DNA from: Candidatus Acidiferrales bacterium
Lineage (GTDB): Bacteria; Acidobacteriota; Terriglobia; Terriglobales; Acidobacteriaceae
NCBI GenBank assembly: GCA_035507635.1
Contig: DATJOA010000057.1
Span: 40,372 to 104,371 of the forward strand
Length of the DNA: 64,000 nt
Reading direction: 5' to 3'
Each line of letters opens with the position of its first letter. Within the stretch, counting starts at the first letter, position 1. Both the position numbers and the translations under genes were made by a program. The notes under the pieces are model-generated. The model worked only from the letters and a program-made list of their open reading frames with translations, was not told the DNA's origin and searched no databases. Shown piece after piece: positions 7,388 to 18,110 of this stretch.

Positions 7388-9220
7388 ATGCTCGATTGGT
7401 ACTGGAGTGTACTGCTCGTTCTGGTGATTCTCGCGATCTACCAGCAGGTTCGCATTTTCCGGATTCACCGCGAATCCAGGAAGCGCGAAGAGATCTTTCA
7501 GATTGTCACCGAAAACGCCGCCGACATGATCGCCTTGGTCGATGTAAAAGGACGACGCCTTTACAACAGTCCTTCCTACAAACGAATACTCGGCTACTCT
7601 CCCGCGGAACTTGGCGAAACTTCCGCCTTCGAGCAGATTCATCCCGACGATCGGTTCCGCGTGATCGAGGCCGCGCGGGAGGCGCGCGAAAGCGGAGTCG
7701 GCCAGCAACTCGATTACCGGATTAAACATAAAGATGGAAGCTGGCGCGTCTTCGAGTCCCTGGCCAGCACAATCCGCGACGTCAATGGCAACGTCGCCAA
7801 GTTAGTGATCGTCAATCGCGATATTACCGAGCGCAAACGCGCCGAGCAGCAACTTGAGCACAACCTGTTTCACGACCCGCTTACCGGATTGCCCAATCGC
7901 CGCTCGTTTCTCGATCGACTGCGAATCTCATTCGTCAAGACCCGCGGCGATGCCAGCCGGATGCATACTTTGCTTCTCACGAATATCGATCACTTCAGTA
8001 TCTTCAACGAATCGATGGGCAACGACGGAGGAGATCACATCCTTACTGAAATCGCGCGCCGCATGGCAAGTTGCCTTCGGCAAGATCCCACCATCGCGCG
8101 TAACGCCAGCACGGAAGCCCCGTTGTTTCGCCTTGGCTCCGACGAATTCACGATCTTGCTCGAGACCGTTGCCGATCCCAGCGACGCCATGCGCATCGCG
8201 CGACAGCTGCAGACCGCGGTCGCAGAACCATTTACCGTCAGCGCACGCCAGATCCGCCCATCGCTGAGCGTAGGCATCGCCTTGAGCGCAGCGACGCACG
8301 AACGCCCCGAAGATATTTTGAAAGATGCGGATGTCGCCATGCGCCGCGCCAAGTCGCTCGGTGGGTCGCGCTGCGAGGTCTTTGACGAAGTCATGCACCG
8401 ACGTGCCGTCGGACGTCTGAAGCTCGAATCCGATCTGCGCTCCGCGCTCGTGGAGCGGCAATTCGGCGTGCACTATCAGCCCGTCGTTCGTGTCGACAAC
8501 CGCAGCATCGTCAGCTTCGAAGCCCTGCTGCGCTGGAATCATCCCACTCAGGGATTAATTTCTCCTTACCGTTTCATCGAAGCCGCGGAGGACACCGGCG
8601 TTTTGGTTTCCATCGGACATTGGCTGATCATGCAGTCCTGCCGCCAGCTTCGCGAATGGCAAATGAACGAGTACGGGCAACGCCCGATGAATATCACCGT
8701 GAACGTCTCCGCCCGCCAGTTCGCGGATGCGCATCTGGTGAACGATCTGCAGGAAGCATTGCAGGAAACGGGAATCGATCCGTCGCAGCTACAGCTCGAG
8801 ATTACGGAGAGCATTGCCGCCGCCGATCCGAAGATGACGATTACGGTGCTCTCTCACCTCAAGCACATGGGTATAGGAGTCGTTCTCGACGACTTCGGCA
8901 CAGGATCGATCTCACTTCGAGGACTGAGCCAGTTCCCCGTCGATGCGCTGAAGATCGACCGCTCCCTGGTTCAGGAAATGCAAAGCGATCGCGGCAGTTC
9001 CGATATCGTGGAACTCATCATCCTGGTGGCACACAAGATGGGAATGAAGGTGATCGCCGAAGGAATCGAAACCCCGCGGCAACTCGAACGCCTCGCCGAG
9101 CTAGGATGCGAATTCGGCCAGGGATATTACTTCTCCCAACCGATGGACGCCAAAGCCGCACAGCAATTCACGCGCCAGCAAATTACATCATCACGCGCGT
9201 CTGGAGCCAGCGCAAAATAA
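7388..9220 (+). CDS. membrane-anchored PAS-GGDEF(degenerate)-EAL protein, predicted c-di-GMP phosphodiesterase
   Basis: AGGAG at 7375-7379 lies 8 nt before ATG 7388 (the longest ORF starts at GTG 7379). There is an N-terminal TM helix and a PAS region. The GGDEF site reads GSDEF. EAL-domain motifs EALLRW, EITES, DDFGTG, KIDRS, EGIET and QGYYFS are all present. Confidence 0.9.
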   Translation: MLDWYWSVLLVLVILAIYQQVRIFRIHRESRKREEIFQIVTENAADMIALVDVKGRRLYNSPSYKRILGYSPAELGETSAFEQIHPDDRFRVIEAAREARESGVGQQLDYRIKHKDGSWRVFESLASTIRDVNGNVAKLVIVNRDITERKRAEQQLEHNLFHDPLTGLPNRRSFLDRLRISFVKTRGDASRMHTLLLTNIDHFSIFNESMGNDGGDHILTEIARRMASCLRQDPTIARNASTEAPLFRLGSDEFTILLETVADPSDAMRIARQLQTAVAEPFTVSARQIRPSLSVGIALSAATHERPEDILKDADVAMRRAKSLGGSRCEVFDEVMHRRAVGRLKLESDLRSALVERQFGVHYQPVVRVDNRSIVSFEALLRWNHPTQGLISPYRFIEAAEDTGVLVSIGHWLIMQSCRQLREWQMNEYGQRPMNITVNVSARQFADAHLVNDLQEALQETGIDPSQLQLEITESIAAADPKMTITVLSHLKHMGIGVVLDDFGTGSISLRGLSQFPVDALKIDRSLVQEMQSDRGSSDIVELIILVAHKMGMKVIAEGIETPRQLERLAELGCEFGQGYYFSQPMDAKAAQQFTRQQITSSRASGASAK

Positions 9221-9274
9221 CTACCGTCATCGCGAAGTGGACAGACCCGTTGTTCCCGACTGCAGCAGAAAGAC

Positions 9275-10231
9275 TTACCGTGTTCCATTCCCTGGCGAAA
9301 CCACGCGTCCATATTCAGTCGCGCGACTCAGCCGATCGAACATCCTCCAGGTTTCGAGCGAGATATTGCTGATCGCCTCTTCGCCATCACGTTCATTCAG
9401 TAGAAATGCCGTCATCACCGAGATCACATACGGACGTCCTTCGACGAACACCACACCCGAATCATTCCGCACCGCCTCCAATTCGCCAGGCTTGTTCGCG
9501 ACCTTCAGATCAGGAGGAAGATACTTCGGGATGAACGAGTCCTTGTTCGTGCTGAGCATCTTAAAGAATTCGTCGGTGAATTCCTTATTCAGCACCTTGC
9601 CGTGATAGATGTCATCGAGCAGCATCATCATCTCTCGCGGCGTCGAAATGTTCTCCCGTCCCTCTTTTGCCGCTTGCAAGTCCATCATCTTGCGGCGCAG
9701 TCGCGTGTGTATCAGGCCGAGCGAATCAAGCATGGCATTGACGTTCTGCATGCCGACACGATCGATCAGCACGTTGCAGGCAGAGTTGTCGCTCACTGCG
9801 ACCATCATGGTCGCCAGATCGCGCAGGGTTATGCGCGTCACGCCCGGAGTCAGCCCGTTCATAATGTCGCTGTCAGGGACAAGATCGGAAGACTGCACGG
9901 TATAGAGATCCGAAAGCTTCAGCTTTCCTTGCTGCGCCTGGAGATAGAGTTCGGCGAGAACCGTGATCTTGATGGAACTAGCCTGCGCAAAAACCTCATC
10001 CTCGTTGAGGTAATAGTGATCGCCGGTCGTGAGGTCTTCAATCGCAAGCCCCATGACGCCATCGAGGCCTTCATTAATCTGCCCGATCTTGGATTCCAGC
10101 TTCTCCCACAGGATCTTTTGCTTGCCCGCGGAAGGTGCTGCTGTTTGTGCCAGACAAGTCGCAACGAATATGACAAAACAGAATAGAAATCTTCCGAGTA
10201 TTCTCATAATGGCGTGGATTGTAGCAGGCAA
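9275..10231 (-). CDS. class A beta-lactamase-like serine hydrolase (secreted)
   Basis: Signal peptide, SxxK (SSIK), SDN (VSDNSA) and a KTG-like KPG (NKPGEL) motif in the canonical order. Confidence 0.8.
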   Translation of the reverse strand: MPATIHAIMRILGRFLFCFVIFVATCLAQTAAPSAGKQKILWEKLESKIGQINEGLDGVMGLAIEDLTTGDHYYLNEDEVFAQASSIKITVLAELYLQAQQGKLKLSDLYTVQSSDLVPDSDIMNGLTPGVTRITLRDLATMMVAVSDNSACNVLIDRVGMQNVNAMLDSLGLIHTRLRRKMMDLQAAKEGRENISTPREMMMLLDDIYHGKVLNKEFTDEFFKMLSTNKDSFIPKYLPPDLKVANKPGELEAVRNDSGVVFVEGRPYVISVMTAFLLNERDGEEAISNISLETWRMFDRLSRATEYGRVVSPGNGTR

Positions 10232-10241
10232 TGCGAGCGGC

Positions 10242-11237
10242 TCAGCCCTCGATCTTCGCTTCGCGCAGATGCTTAACCGCGGTTTCCGAACTCACGGGCG
10301 AATAGTAGACCTCTTTGAACGTGTACGACTTCGCCTTGGCGGGAATTACTGGCAGAATCTCGATGTGCCAGTGATAGTCATCGTCGATCGTCTTCCAGTA
10401 TCCGAGATTCTTCGAGGGATGCAGCGTGCTCGGAGAAGTGTGCAGCACAAGATGGAACTCTTCCGTGACCGATCGGATTCTCTGTATCGTTCGCCGCAGA
10501 AGCGCAGCGAGATTGAGACGCAGGCCCGGACGATTCAGTCCCGTGCGTTCGAACGAAGCGTCATGGTTGCGCGGAAGGATCCATGTTTCGTATGGAACGC
10601 GCGGCGCGTACGGACAAACTGCCAGATAATCCCCGCGAGCCTCGATCACTCGCTGCGCCTGGCGCTCTTCTTGCTGCAGAATATCGCAGAAAACGCAGCG
10701 CTCCTTGCTGACGAAGTATTCCCGTCCGGCGCGCAGTTCGTAGAGCACGCGGCGCGGGACAAACATGGTCGCCGTGATCTCCGACGTGGGATGTGCGAAC
10801 TCCTGTCCGGCATTCTTGCCGTAATCCTTGAACAGACTGACGTACTTGATTCTCGGATCCCGCTTGAGGTCTAGAATTCGCTCGGCCGCAAGCCGCAGAA
10901 ACTGGCCGATCTCATCGTCGCTCGCCTTCCATAAGTGGCGATCGTGATTGCGATTCTCGACCAGCACTTCATGCGCGCCCACGGAATGCATGCGGTCGTA
11001 CAGGCCGTCGCCGCGGCGTCCGGGCTCGCCTTCGATGCGATACAGCGGAGTGGGATGAACGACAGACCGAGCAGACCAAATCGTTCCCACCGCGTCAGGA
11101 GCATTGGCGATCACGTGGGGCGGCAAAGCCGCGTCCGCGCAGAAACGGCAAGGGCCCTCGGAACGCGGCGCCGCTTCTCCCGGATCGTCCCCGGTAATGA
11201 CCCACGAGCGAGTGATCGGATCCTTGCGAAGTTCCAT
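10242..11237 (-). CDS. galT: galactose-1-phosphate uridylyltransferase family (GalT / HIT-like nucleotidyltransferase)
   Basis: Zn-site cysteines (CRFCAD, CVFCDI) and active-site HxH in DDYHWHIEILP. The family-typical N-terminus MELRKDPITRSWVI begins at the internal ATG 11237 (the longest ORF reaches 11315). Confidence 0.8.
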   Translation of the reverse strand: MELRKDPITRSWVITGDDPGEAAPRSEGPCRFCADAALPPHVIANAPDAVGTIWSARSVVHPTPLYRIEGEPGRRGDGLYDRMHSVGAHEVLVENRNHDRHLWKASDDEIGQFLRLAAERILDLKRDPRIKYVSLFKDYGKNAGQEFAHPTSEITATMFVPRRVLYELRAGREYFVSKERCVFCDILQQEERQAQRVIEARGDYLAVCPYAPRVPYETWILPRNHDASFERTGLNRPGLRLNLAALLRRTIQRIRSVTEEFHLVLHTSPSTLHPSKNLGYWKTIDDDYHWHIEILPVIPAKAKSYTFKEVYYSPVSSETAVKHLREAKIEG

Positions 11238-11370
11238 AGAACAGCAAAGGAGAACACCGACTGCGAGCGGAGTCAACACCGATGTTGAGTGGTAATTTTC
11301 ATGGAGTGATGCCAATCACGCGATGAAGAAGCGCGCGGAGCTTTGTTATAATCCGCCGAAGCCCGCATAG

Positions 11371-14040
11371 ATGACCGAGCCGTCCACTCCGCTGATGCGG
11401 CAGTATGCTGCCGTCAAGAAAGAACATCCCACCGCGCTCTTATTCTTCCGCCTGGGAGATTTCTATGAGCTGTTTTTTGACGACGCGGTCGTCGCGGCAA
11501 AAGAGCTGCAGATCACGCTAACCTCGCGCAATAAGGAAAAAGGAATCGCCGTGCCGATGTGCGGCGTGCCGTATCACGCGGCTGAAGGATACATCGGGAA
11601 ACTGATCCGCAAGGGGTTCAAGGTCGCGATTTGCGAGCAGATGGAAGACCCTCGTCTGGCGAAGAAGCTTGTGCGCCGGGAAGTGACGCGTGTGGTCACG
11701 CCCGGAACCGCCGCAGATTCTTCGCTCGGGTCGGAGGAGAACAACTTTCTCGCTGCGTTGGCGCAGGTGGGAGATCGAGTGGGCTTCGCGGCGCTGGATT
11801 TGTCGACAGGCGAGTTTCGGGCGACTGAGTTCGCAGGTCAGGGCGCGATGCGGCGAGTGCAGGAAGAGCTCGAGCAGCTCCGGCCGAAGGAATTGTTGTA
11901 TGGATCGGCTGCGCCGTTGTTCGACGGAGCGGAGAAGAACCAGCCGAGCTTCGCTCGCCCGGACAGCCGTGGGCGGCTGTCCCCACATAGCCCTCTTGCG
12001 AATTCGGCCGGCGGTCGTTTTACCGAGACTCCATTGGAGGACTGGATCTTCTCGCCGGATCACGCCCTGCCGCTGCTGGAAAATCATTTCGGCGTTTTGT
12101 CCCTGGAAGGATTTGGGCTGGCTGGGCGAATAGCCGCCGCTTCGGCGGCGGGAGCCATCCTTTATTACGTGCGTTCCACGCAGCGCGGCTCGCTCCATCA
12201 CGTCGACCGCATCGGGTGGTACGAGCGGCAGAATTGCCTGGTGCTCGATGCGGTCACGGTCCGGAATCTCGAACTGATTGAACCTCTGTTTGCGGGAACC
12301 GATTCCGGTGTGACGCTGTTTCGATCGATCGATGCCGCGGTCACGCCGATGGGCAAACGGCTGCTGCGGGCCTGGCTGCTGCGCCCGTCGCTTGATCTCG
12401 ACGAGATCAACGGGCGTCTCGATTCCGTCGAAGCCGGAGTGAAAGACATTGTGGCGCGCGAGGAGTTGCGCCGGGCGCTGGATGGCGTACTCGATCTGGA
12501 GCGGCTACTGAGCCGCGTGACCTTGGAGACGGCGAATCCCCGGGATGTGCTCGCGTTGGCCGCGTCGCTGGCGAAGATTCCGGCAGTGCGAGCGGCGGTT
12601 GCCCGGCTCGGCGCGGAACGGTTGCAGGCACTGCACGGACTGCTTGATGAGTTGGGCGATCTGCGGGAACGAATCGAGGAGACGATTGTTCCCGAGCCGC
12701 CGCTGAGTTTTGCCGATGGCGGCGTGATCGCGGCCGGGATCGATCGCGACCTGGACGAATTGCGAGACCTTTCGCGCAACAGCAAGGCCGTGCTGGCCCA
12801 GATTGAGCAACGTGAGCGTACGCGCACCGGAATCGGCTCGCTGAAAGTGAAGTTCAATTCGATCTTCGGCTACTACATCGAGATCTCAAAGGCGAACCTG
12901 CATCTCGCTCCACCGGATTACGAGCGGAAGCAGACTCTGGTTGCGGCGGAACGATTTACGACTCCGGAGTTGAAGGAATATGAGGCGAAGATTCTCGATG
13001 CGCAGGAAAAGATCGTTGAGATCGAGCGGCGACTTTTTACAGACCTGCGCACTGCGATTGCAGCAGCGGCGAAGCGAATCCGGCAGACTGCGCTGGCTCT
13101 GGCGGAAGTGGATGTTCTGGCGTCCCTCGCGCACATTGCGGCGCTGCGGAATTACTGCCGCCCGTCGTTTGTCGACTCCGGAGACCTGGAGATCATCGAA
13201 GGCCGGCATCCGGTAATCGAGCTGCAGGAGTCGGCCGGAGGCAGCGACCGCTTCGTTCCGAACGATCTTTATTTGAACGACAAGACGCATAACATCCTCC
13301 TGCTGACCGGGCCGAACATGGGTGGCAAGTCGACTTATCTGCGGCAGACGGCCCTGATCGTCATTCTGGCGCAGATGGGATCGTTTGTTCCGGCACGCGC
13401 GGCCAAGCTCAGCGTGGTGGACCGAGTGTTCACGCGCATTGGGGCCAGCGACAACCTGGCACGTGGGCGCTCGACATTCATGGTCGAGATGACTGAGACG
13501 GCCGCGATTCTGCACACGGCGACGGCGCGGTCATTGATCCTGCTGGATGAGGTGGGACGCGGCACGGCAACTTATGACGGGCTCGCGATCGCGTGGGCGG
13601 CTGTGGAGTATCTTCACGCGCGTGTGGGCGCAAAAACGCTGTTCGCAACACATTATTTCGAGCTAACAGAATTGGCCGAGCAATTGGAGGGGGTCACAAA
13701 TTTTCATGTCTCAGTAAAGGAGACCGGTGGAGGAATTGTATTCCTGCGGAAGGTCGAGTTCGGCGCCGCCGATCGCAGTTACGGAATCGAAGTCGCCAAG
13801 CTGGCCGGGCTTCCGAATGAAGTTGTCGAGCGGGCGCGTGAGGTGCTTGTACAGCATGAATTCGCCGAGCAGCAGGCCACAGCGCATCTCTCGCCGGGAG
13901 CAACCCCTCCGGCGGCGCAGTTGACCATTTTTACTCCCCTGTCGCAGCCGATACTGGATAAATTGCGCGAAGTGGATTTGAATCGGCTTACGCCACTGGA
14001 CGCTTTGAATCTGCTGGCGGACCTGAAGAAAGAGATTTAA
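11371..14040 (+). CDS. mutS: DNA mismatch repair protein MutS
   Basis: N-terminus [34 protein letters not shown], Walker [10 protein letters not shown], and STFMVEM. Confidence 0.97.
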   Translation: MTEPSTPLMRQYAAVKKEHPTALLFFRLGDFYELFFDDAVVAAKELQITLTSRNKEKGIAVPMCGVPYHAAEGYIGKLIRKGFKVAICEQMEDPRLAKKLVRREVTRVVTPGTAADSSLGSEENNFLAALAQVGDRVGFAALDLSTGEFRATEFAGQGAMRRVQEELEQLRPKELLYGSAAPLFDGAEKNQPSFARPDSRGRLSPHSPLANSAGGRFTETPLEDWIFSPDHALPLLENHFGVLSLEGFGLAGRIAAASAAGAILYYVRSTQRGSLHHVDRIGWYERQNCLVLDAVTVRNLELIEPLFAGTDSGVTLFRSIDAAVTPMGKRLLRAWLLRPSLDLDEINGRLDSVEAGVKDIVAREELRRALDGVLDLERLLSRVTLETANPRDVLALAASLAKIPAVRAAVARLGAERLQALHGLLDELGDLRERIEETIVPEPPLSFADGGVIAAGIDRDLDELRDLSRNSKAVLAQIEQRERTRTGIGSLKVKFNSIFGYYIEISKANLHLAPPDYERKQTLVAAERFTTPELKEYEAKILDAQEKIVEIERRLFTDLRTAIAAAAKRIRQTALALAEVDVLASLAHIAALRNYCRPSFVDSGDLEIIEGRHPVIELQESAGGSDRFVPNDLYLNDKTHNILLLTGPNMGGKSTYLRQTALIVILAQMGSFVPARAAKLSVVDRVFTRIGASDNLARGRSTFMVEMTETAAILHTATARSLILLDEVGRGTATYDGLAIAWAAVEYLHARVGAKTLFATHYFELTELAEQLEGVTNFHVSVKETGGGIVFLRKVEFGAADRSYGIEVAKLAGLPNEVVERAREVLVQHEFAEQQATAHLSPGATPPAAQLTIFTPLSQPILDKLREVDLNRLTPLDALNLLADLKKEI

Positions 14041-14069
14041 TCACGAAGGCCACAAAGGTACACCAAGGA

Positions 14070-15176
14070 ATGCTCTCGCGCGATGTCGGGCAATTGCTGA
14101 TCATCGGATTCGATGGGACGGAAATCAATACAGCGCTCTCTTCCCTGTTGGCGCGAATTCAGCCAGCCGGGGTGATTCTTTTCGCGCGCAATATAAAGAC
14201 TCCCGAGCAGACGTGGCGCCTGCTGCGCGAATGCCAGAAGTGTGTCCGCACGCGGCTGTTCACCTGCGTCGACCTTGAGGGCGGAACTGTTGATCGGTTT
14301 CGGGATGCGCTCGAACCGGCCCCCTCCGCGGCTGATGTGTTCGCGACCGGAGATCGCAGGATGTTTCGCAAGCATGGGCGCGTCATTGGCGAGAATTGCC
14401 GCGCGTTGGGGTTCAATGTCGATTTTGCGCCGGTGCTGGACCTGGCGTTCGAAGCTTCGCGCAGCGTGATGGGATCGCGGGCAATATCGGCGGATCCGAA
14501 GCAGGCTGCCGAATACGCCCGCGAATTTCTGTCGGGCTTGAAAGACGCCGGGGTTCTGGGATGCGGAAAGCATTTCCCGGGACTCGGAGAGGGCAATCTC
14601 GATAGCCATCATGAGTTGCCGGTGATTGAGAAATCTCTGAAAGAGATGTGGACCGAGGATCTGGTTCCCTATCGCTCTTTGCGGCGGCAATTGCCGATGG
14701 TGATGGTGTCCCACGCGGCGTATCCGCGGGTGACGCGCAAGAAGATTCCGGCGTCGCTCTCGAAGGCTTGGATTGCAGACATTCTGAAGAAGAAAATCGG
14801 CTACAAAAATCTGATTGTCTCTGACGATCTGGAGATGGGCGGAGTACTCTCTACCGCTTCCGTGGGAGATGCAGCGATCGAATTTGTTCGCGTGGGCGGG
14901 GATTTGTGCCTGGTGTGTCATCGCGAGGACCGCGTGGTGCAAGCATTTGAGGCGTTGACGCGGGCTGCCGAAAGTGACCGGCAGTTCGCGCGGCGCGTCG
15001 CCGCTGCGGCGAAACGGGTTGCTGCATTCAAGACGAAATCTGCGAAGGGACTGCGCGCGCGCAAATCTCCTACTCAGGGCATGGTCGAGAAATTGACCCG
15101 CAGATTGTGGGAATTCAGCGAGCAGGTCCGGTTGGAAGCTTTCAAATGCGAAGAAGATCGGCGGCCGCGGGGATGA
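14070..15176 (+). CDS. nagZ: beta-N-acetylhexosaminidase NagZ (GH3)
   Basis: KHFPGLGEGNLDSHHELP and the nucleophile region VSDDLEMGG. Confidence 0.9.
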   Translation: MLSRDVGQLLIIGFDGTEINTALSSLLARIQPAGVILFARNIKTPEQTWRLLRECQKCVRTRLFTCVDLEGGTVDRFRDALEPAPSAADVFATGDRRMFRKHGRVIGENCRALGFNVDFAPVLDLAFEASRSVMGSRAISADPKQAAEYAREFLSGLKDAGVLGCGKHFPGLGEGNLDSHHELPVIEKSLKEMWTEDLVPYRSLRRQLPMVMVSHAAYPRVTRKKIPASLSKAWIADILKKKIGYKNLIVSDDLEMGGVLSTASVGDAAIEFVRVGGDLCLVCHREDRVVQAFEALTRAAESDRQFARRVAAAAKRVAAFKTKSAKGLRARKSPTQGMVEKLTRRLWEFSEQVRLEAFKCEEDRRPRG

Positions 15177-16408
15177 GCGTGAAGCCGATGATCGTCGCGG
15201 GTGTGATGAGCGGCACTTCCGCGGATGGGGTTGACGTCGCGCTGGTGCGGATCGGCGAAGGCAATTCTTCCGCGCGGCGCGGCACTCGCGGGGTGGCGCC
15301 AGGCAGGATTCGACTTCTAGGACATGCCGCATTTCCTTATCCTCGAAAAGTCCGCGATGCAGTGCTTGGGGCGATGAATGCGTCGTCGGCGAACGTGGCG
15401 GATCTTGCCCGCCTCAATGCTCTGCTCGGAGAACTGTATGCCGATGCAGTGCTTGAAGCGCAACGGGCATTCCGAGTGAAAGCCGATCTTGTGGGATGTC
15501 ACGGCCAGACCCTCTATCACCAGGGTGAGGCTCTTCCTTTTCTCGGGAGCCGACTTGCGACCACCTGGCAGACGGGCGAAGCGGCGGTGATTGCGGCTCG
15601 CTTGGGTATGCCCGTCGTGTCGGATTTCCGTCCCGCAGATATGGCCGCCGGGGGCAAGGGGGCGCCGCTGGTTCCCTTCCTCGATTACTTGTGGTTTCAC
15701 GATCCGCACGTTGGGCGCATCGTACAAAACGTAGGAGGCATCGCGAATCTCACGGCGATTCCTGCAGGAGCGCGCGCTGAAAGCATCTTCGCTTTCGACA
15801 CGGGACCCGGAAATATGGTGATCGACGCCCTCATGCAAGTGTTATTTGGGCAGCGCTTTGACCGCGACGGGAAGATTGCCGCACCGGGTGTGGCGATTGA
15901 GAGTGTGGTTACGAAGATTCTAAAGGGCCGCTTCTTTCGGGCTAAGCCTCCGAAGACGGCAGGGAGAGAGGAGTTCGGGAGAGAGTTCGTACGCGAGTTT
16001 CTGCGCGCGTGCCGCGGAGCGAGGAAACAGGATGTGGTTGCTACGGCGACGGCGTTAACGGCGAGGTCAATTGCGGATGCTGTCCGCCGTTTTGTGATTG
16101 GGAAACCGCACGGCATCGGAGTCCGCTCGGTAATGTTACAAAGACGGACCGACCCCAATTATCGCGAGGTGATTCTTTCGGGCGGCGGGGCGCGGAATGC
16201 GACTCTGGTCGGAATGATCACCGAGCAACTGGCGCCGTTGGGCATCGTCACCCGGTTCTCGGACGAATTTGGATTACCTTCGGAAGCGAAAGAGGCTGTG
16301 GCGTTTGCGGTGTTGGCGTATGAGACGTGGCATCACCGGCCATCGAATGTGCCTTCGGCTACGGGAGCTCGGCGGGCGGCGGTGTTGGGGAAAATTTCAT
16401 ATGTCTAG
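15173..16408 (+). CDS. anmK: anhydro-N-acetylmuramic acid kinase
   Basis: GVMSGTSADGVDVALV N-terminal motif. ATG 15173 overlaps the nagZ stop as ATGA (the longest ORF starts at 15107, inside nagZ). Confidence 0.9.
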   Translation: MSVKPMIVAGVMSGTSADGVDVALVRIGEGNSSARRGTRGVAPGRIRLLGHAAFPYPRKVRDAVLGAMNASSANVADLARLNALLGELYADAVLEAQRAFRVKADLVGCHGQTLYHQGEALPFLGSRLATTWQTGEAAVIAARLGMPVVSDFRPADMAAGGKGAPLVPFLDYLWFHDPHVGRIVQNVGGIANLTAIPAGARAESIFAFDTGPGNMVIDALMQVLFGQRFDRDGKIAAPGVAIESVVTKILKGRFFRAKPPKTAGREEFGREFVREFLRACRGARKQDVVATATALTARSIADAVRRFVIGKPHGIGVRSVMLQRRTDPNYREVILSGGGARNATLVGMITEQLAPLGIVTRFSDEFGLPSEAKEAVAFAVLAYETWHHRPSNVPSATGARRAAVLGKISYV

Positions 16409-18074
16409 AGACCTCGGGCTTCAGGCCTCGGACCGCGGACCACTGCGTTCGCTGTGCCTCTCGGAGCGGCGGCGAAGGGAACACCGCTTCGATACCTTCC
16501 TGTTTCCCTCCGCCGCGACTCTCACTTCTGGCGAAACCGGCAAGAAGCGGGGAAGTCCAGCTATCCTGGTGTTGTTTTTCGCCCTGCTTTTCACCGTTTC
16601 CTGTTCCCGCAAACCCGACGCCAATACGCTGGTCATGCTGATTGAATCGAGTCCGACCAATTTGGATCCCCGGGTGGGAATCGATGCCCAATCGGAGCGC
16701 ATTGACAATCTCATCTTCGACGATCTGCTGTCGCGCGGCGACGACCTGAATGTTGCGACAGGACTAGCGGAGAAGTGGGAGATTCCCAATCCGCTGACTT
16801 ACGTCTTTCACCTGCATCATGGTGTGAAGTTCCACGATGGACGGCCCTTGACGGCGCGCGATGTGAAGTGGACATTCGATTCGTTGCTGCAGGGCAAGAT
16901 TCGCAGCACGAAGGCGGCGAACTATAAGTTCGTCGACCACATCGATGCACCGGACGATTACACCGTCGTTTTTCATATGAAACAGGCCGACGCGCCGCTG
17001 TTGTGGAATCTGTCGGATGGCGCGATGGGGATCGTGCCCTACGGCAGCGGAGATGAGATGACGCTGCATCCGGTTGGGTCGGGGCCGTTCAAGTTCGTGA
17101 GCGCGGAAACGGATCGCGATGTAGTTCTCGATCGCAACCAAGACTACTGGGGCGGAAGCCCAAAAATTCCCCGCGTGCGGTTTGCCGTTGTCCCCGACGA
17201 GACGACCGAGGCGCTCGAGTTGCGCAAGGGCAGTGGAGATATCGCGATCAATTCGCTGACGCCCGATACGGTAGTGACGCTGGCCCGAGATCCCAATCTT
17301 CGTGTCGAGCGTGGACCCGGAACACGGCTGGCCTATCTCGCATTCAATTTGCGCGATCCAATTCTGAAGGACGTCCGCGTCCGGCAGGCGATTGCCTATG
17401 CCCTCGACCGGGGGCCGATGATCGAGTATCTCTGGCGCGGCGAAGCTGAACCGGCGAGCAGCATCCTTCCGACTCAAAGCTGGGCGTACAACGGCGACGT
17501 GCACACGTATCCACATGATCCGGAGAAAGCGAAGCAACTGCTTGATGCCGCGGGCTATCCGGAAGTGAATGGCGTGCGGTTCCACATCGCGATGAAAACC
17601 TCGACCGACGCGAACACGCGGATGATGGTTGCGGTGATGCAGCAGCAATTGCGTCAGGTCGGGATTGCGCTCGACATTCGCAGCTTCGAGTTCGCGACAT
17701 TCTTTGCCGACGTACAACATGGGGCGTTTCAGTTGTACGGGCTACGCTGGATCGGCGGGAATGAAGATCCGGATATTTTTGAGTACGCGTTCCATTCGTC
17801 GAAGTTCCCGCCGAACGGAGCGAACCGCAGTTATTACCTGAATGCAAAGGTGGATGCGCTGATCGATCAGGCACGGCAGGCGATCGATCCGAAGGTGCGG
17901 AAGCCGCTCTATGACCAGGTGCAACTTTTGCTGGCTGAGGACGTGCCGTACATCAATTTGTGGTACTTGGACAATGTTCTGGTGCATACGAAGCGGGTGA
18001 AGAATCTGCAGCTGAATCCGGCGGGGAATTTTGATTTTCTGCGGACGGCGGAGCTGGTTTCTAGTGGTCAGTAA
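16401..18074 (+). CDS. ABC transporter substrate-binding lipoprotein, family 5 (Opp/Dpp/MppA-like)
   Basis: Family-5 SBP-like sequence (TNLDPR..., KFHDGRPLTARDVKWT). Lipobox-like FTVSC. The only in-frame start after the anmK region is ATG 16401, which overlaps the anmK stop by 8 nt. This gives an unusual ~50-aa leader before the signal peptide, so the start is uncertain. Confidence 0.8.
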   Translation: MSRDLGLQASDRGPLRSLCLSERRRREHRFDTFLFPSAATLTSGETGKKRGSPAILVLFFALLFTVSCSRKPDANTLVMLIESSPTNLDPRVGIDAQSERIDNLIFDDLLSRGDDLNVATGLAEKWEIPNPLTYVFHLHHGVKFHDGRPLTARDVKWTFDSLLQGKIRSTKAANYKFVDHIDAPDDYTVVFHMKQADAPLLWNLSDGAMGIVPYGSGDEMTLHPVGSGPFKFVSAETDRDVVLDRNQDYWGGSPKIPRVRFAVVPDETTEALELRKGSGDIAINSLTPDTVVTLARDPNLRVERGPGTRLAYLAFNLRDPILKDVRVRQAIAYALDRGPMIEYLWRGEAEPASSILPTQSWAYNGDVHTYPHDPEKAKQLLDAAGYPEVNGVRFHIAMKTSTDANTRMMVAVMQQQLRQVGIALDIRSFEFATFFADVQHGAFQLYGLRWIGGNEDPDIFEYAFHSSKFPPNGANRSYYLNAKVDALIDQARQAIDPKVRKPLYDQVQLLLAEDVPYINLWYLDNVLVHTKRVKNLQLNPAGNFDFLRTAELVSSGQ

Positions 18075-18110
18075 CCGAATTTTCTTCGAAATCGGCAAAC
18101 CCGAACATAG

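Noticed and set aside
14037-15332. 431-aa ORF on the minus strand, antisense to nagZ/anmK. Similar long antisense ORFs lie at 4217-5548, 16764-17720, 44851-45717, 45740-46501, 47196-48053, 51358-52362 and 53824-54759.
   Set aside because: The translations are Arg/Pro/Ser-rich low-complexity sequence with no motifs. Each lies fully inside a strongly supported gene on the other strand. These are the typical shadow ORFs of GC-rich DNA.
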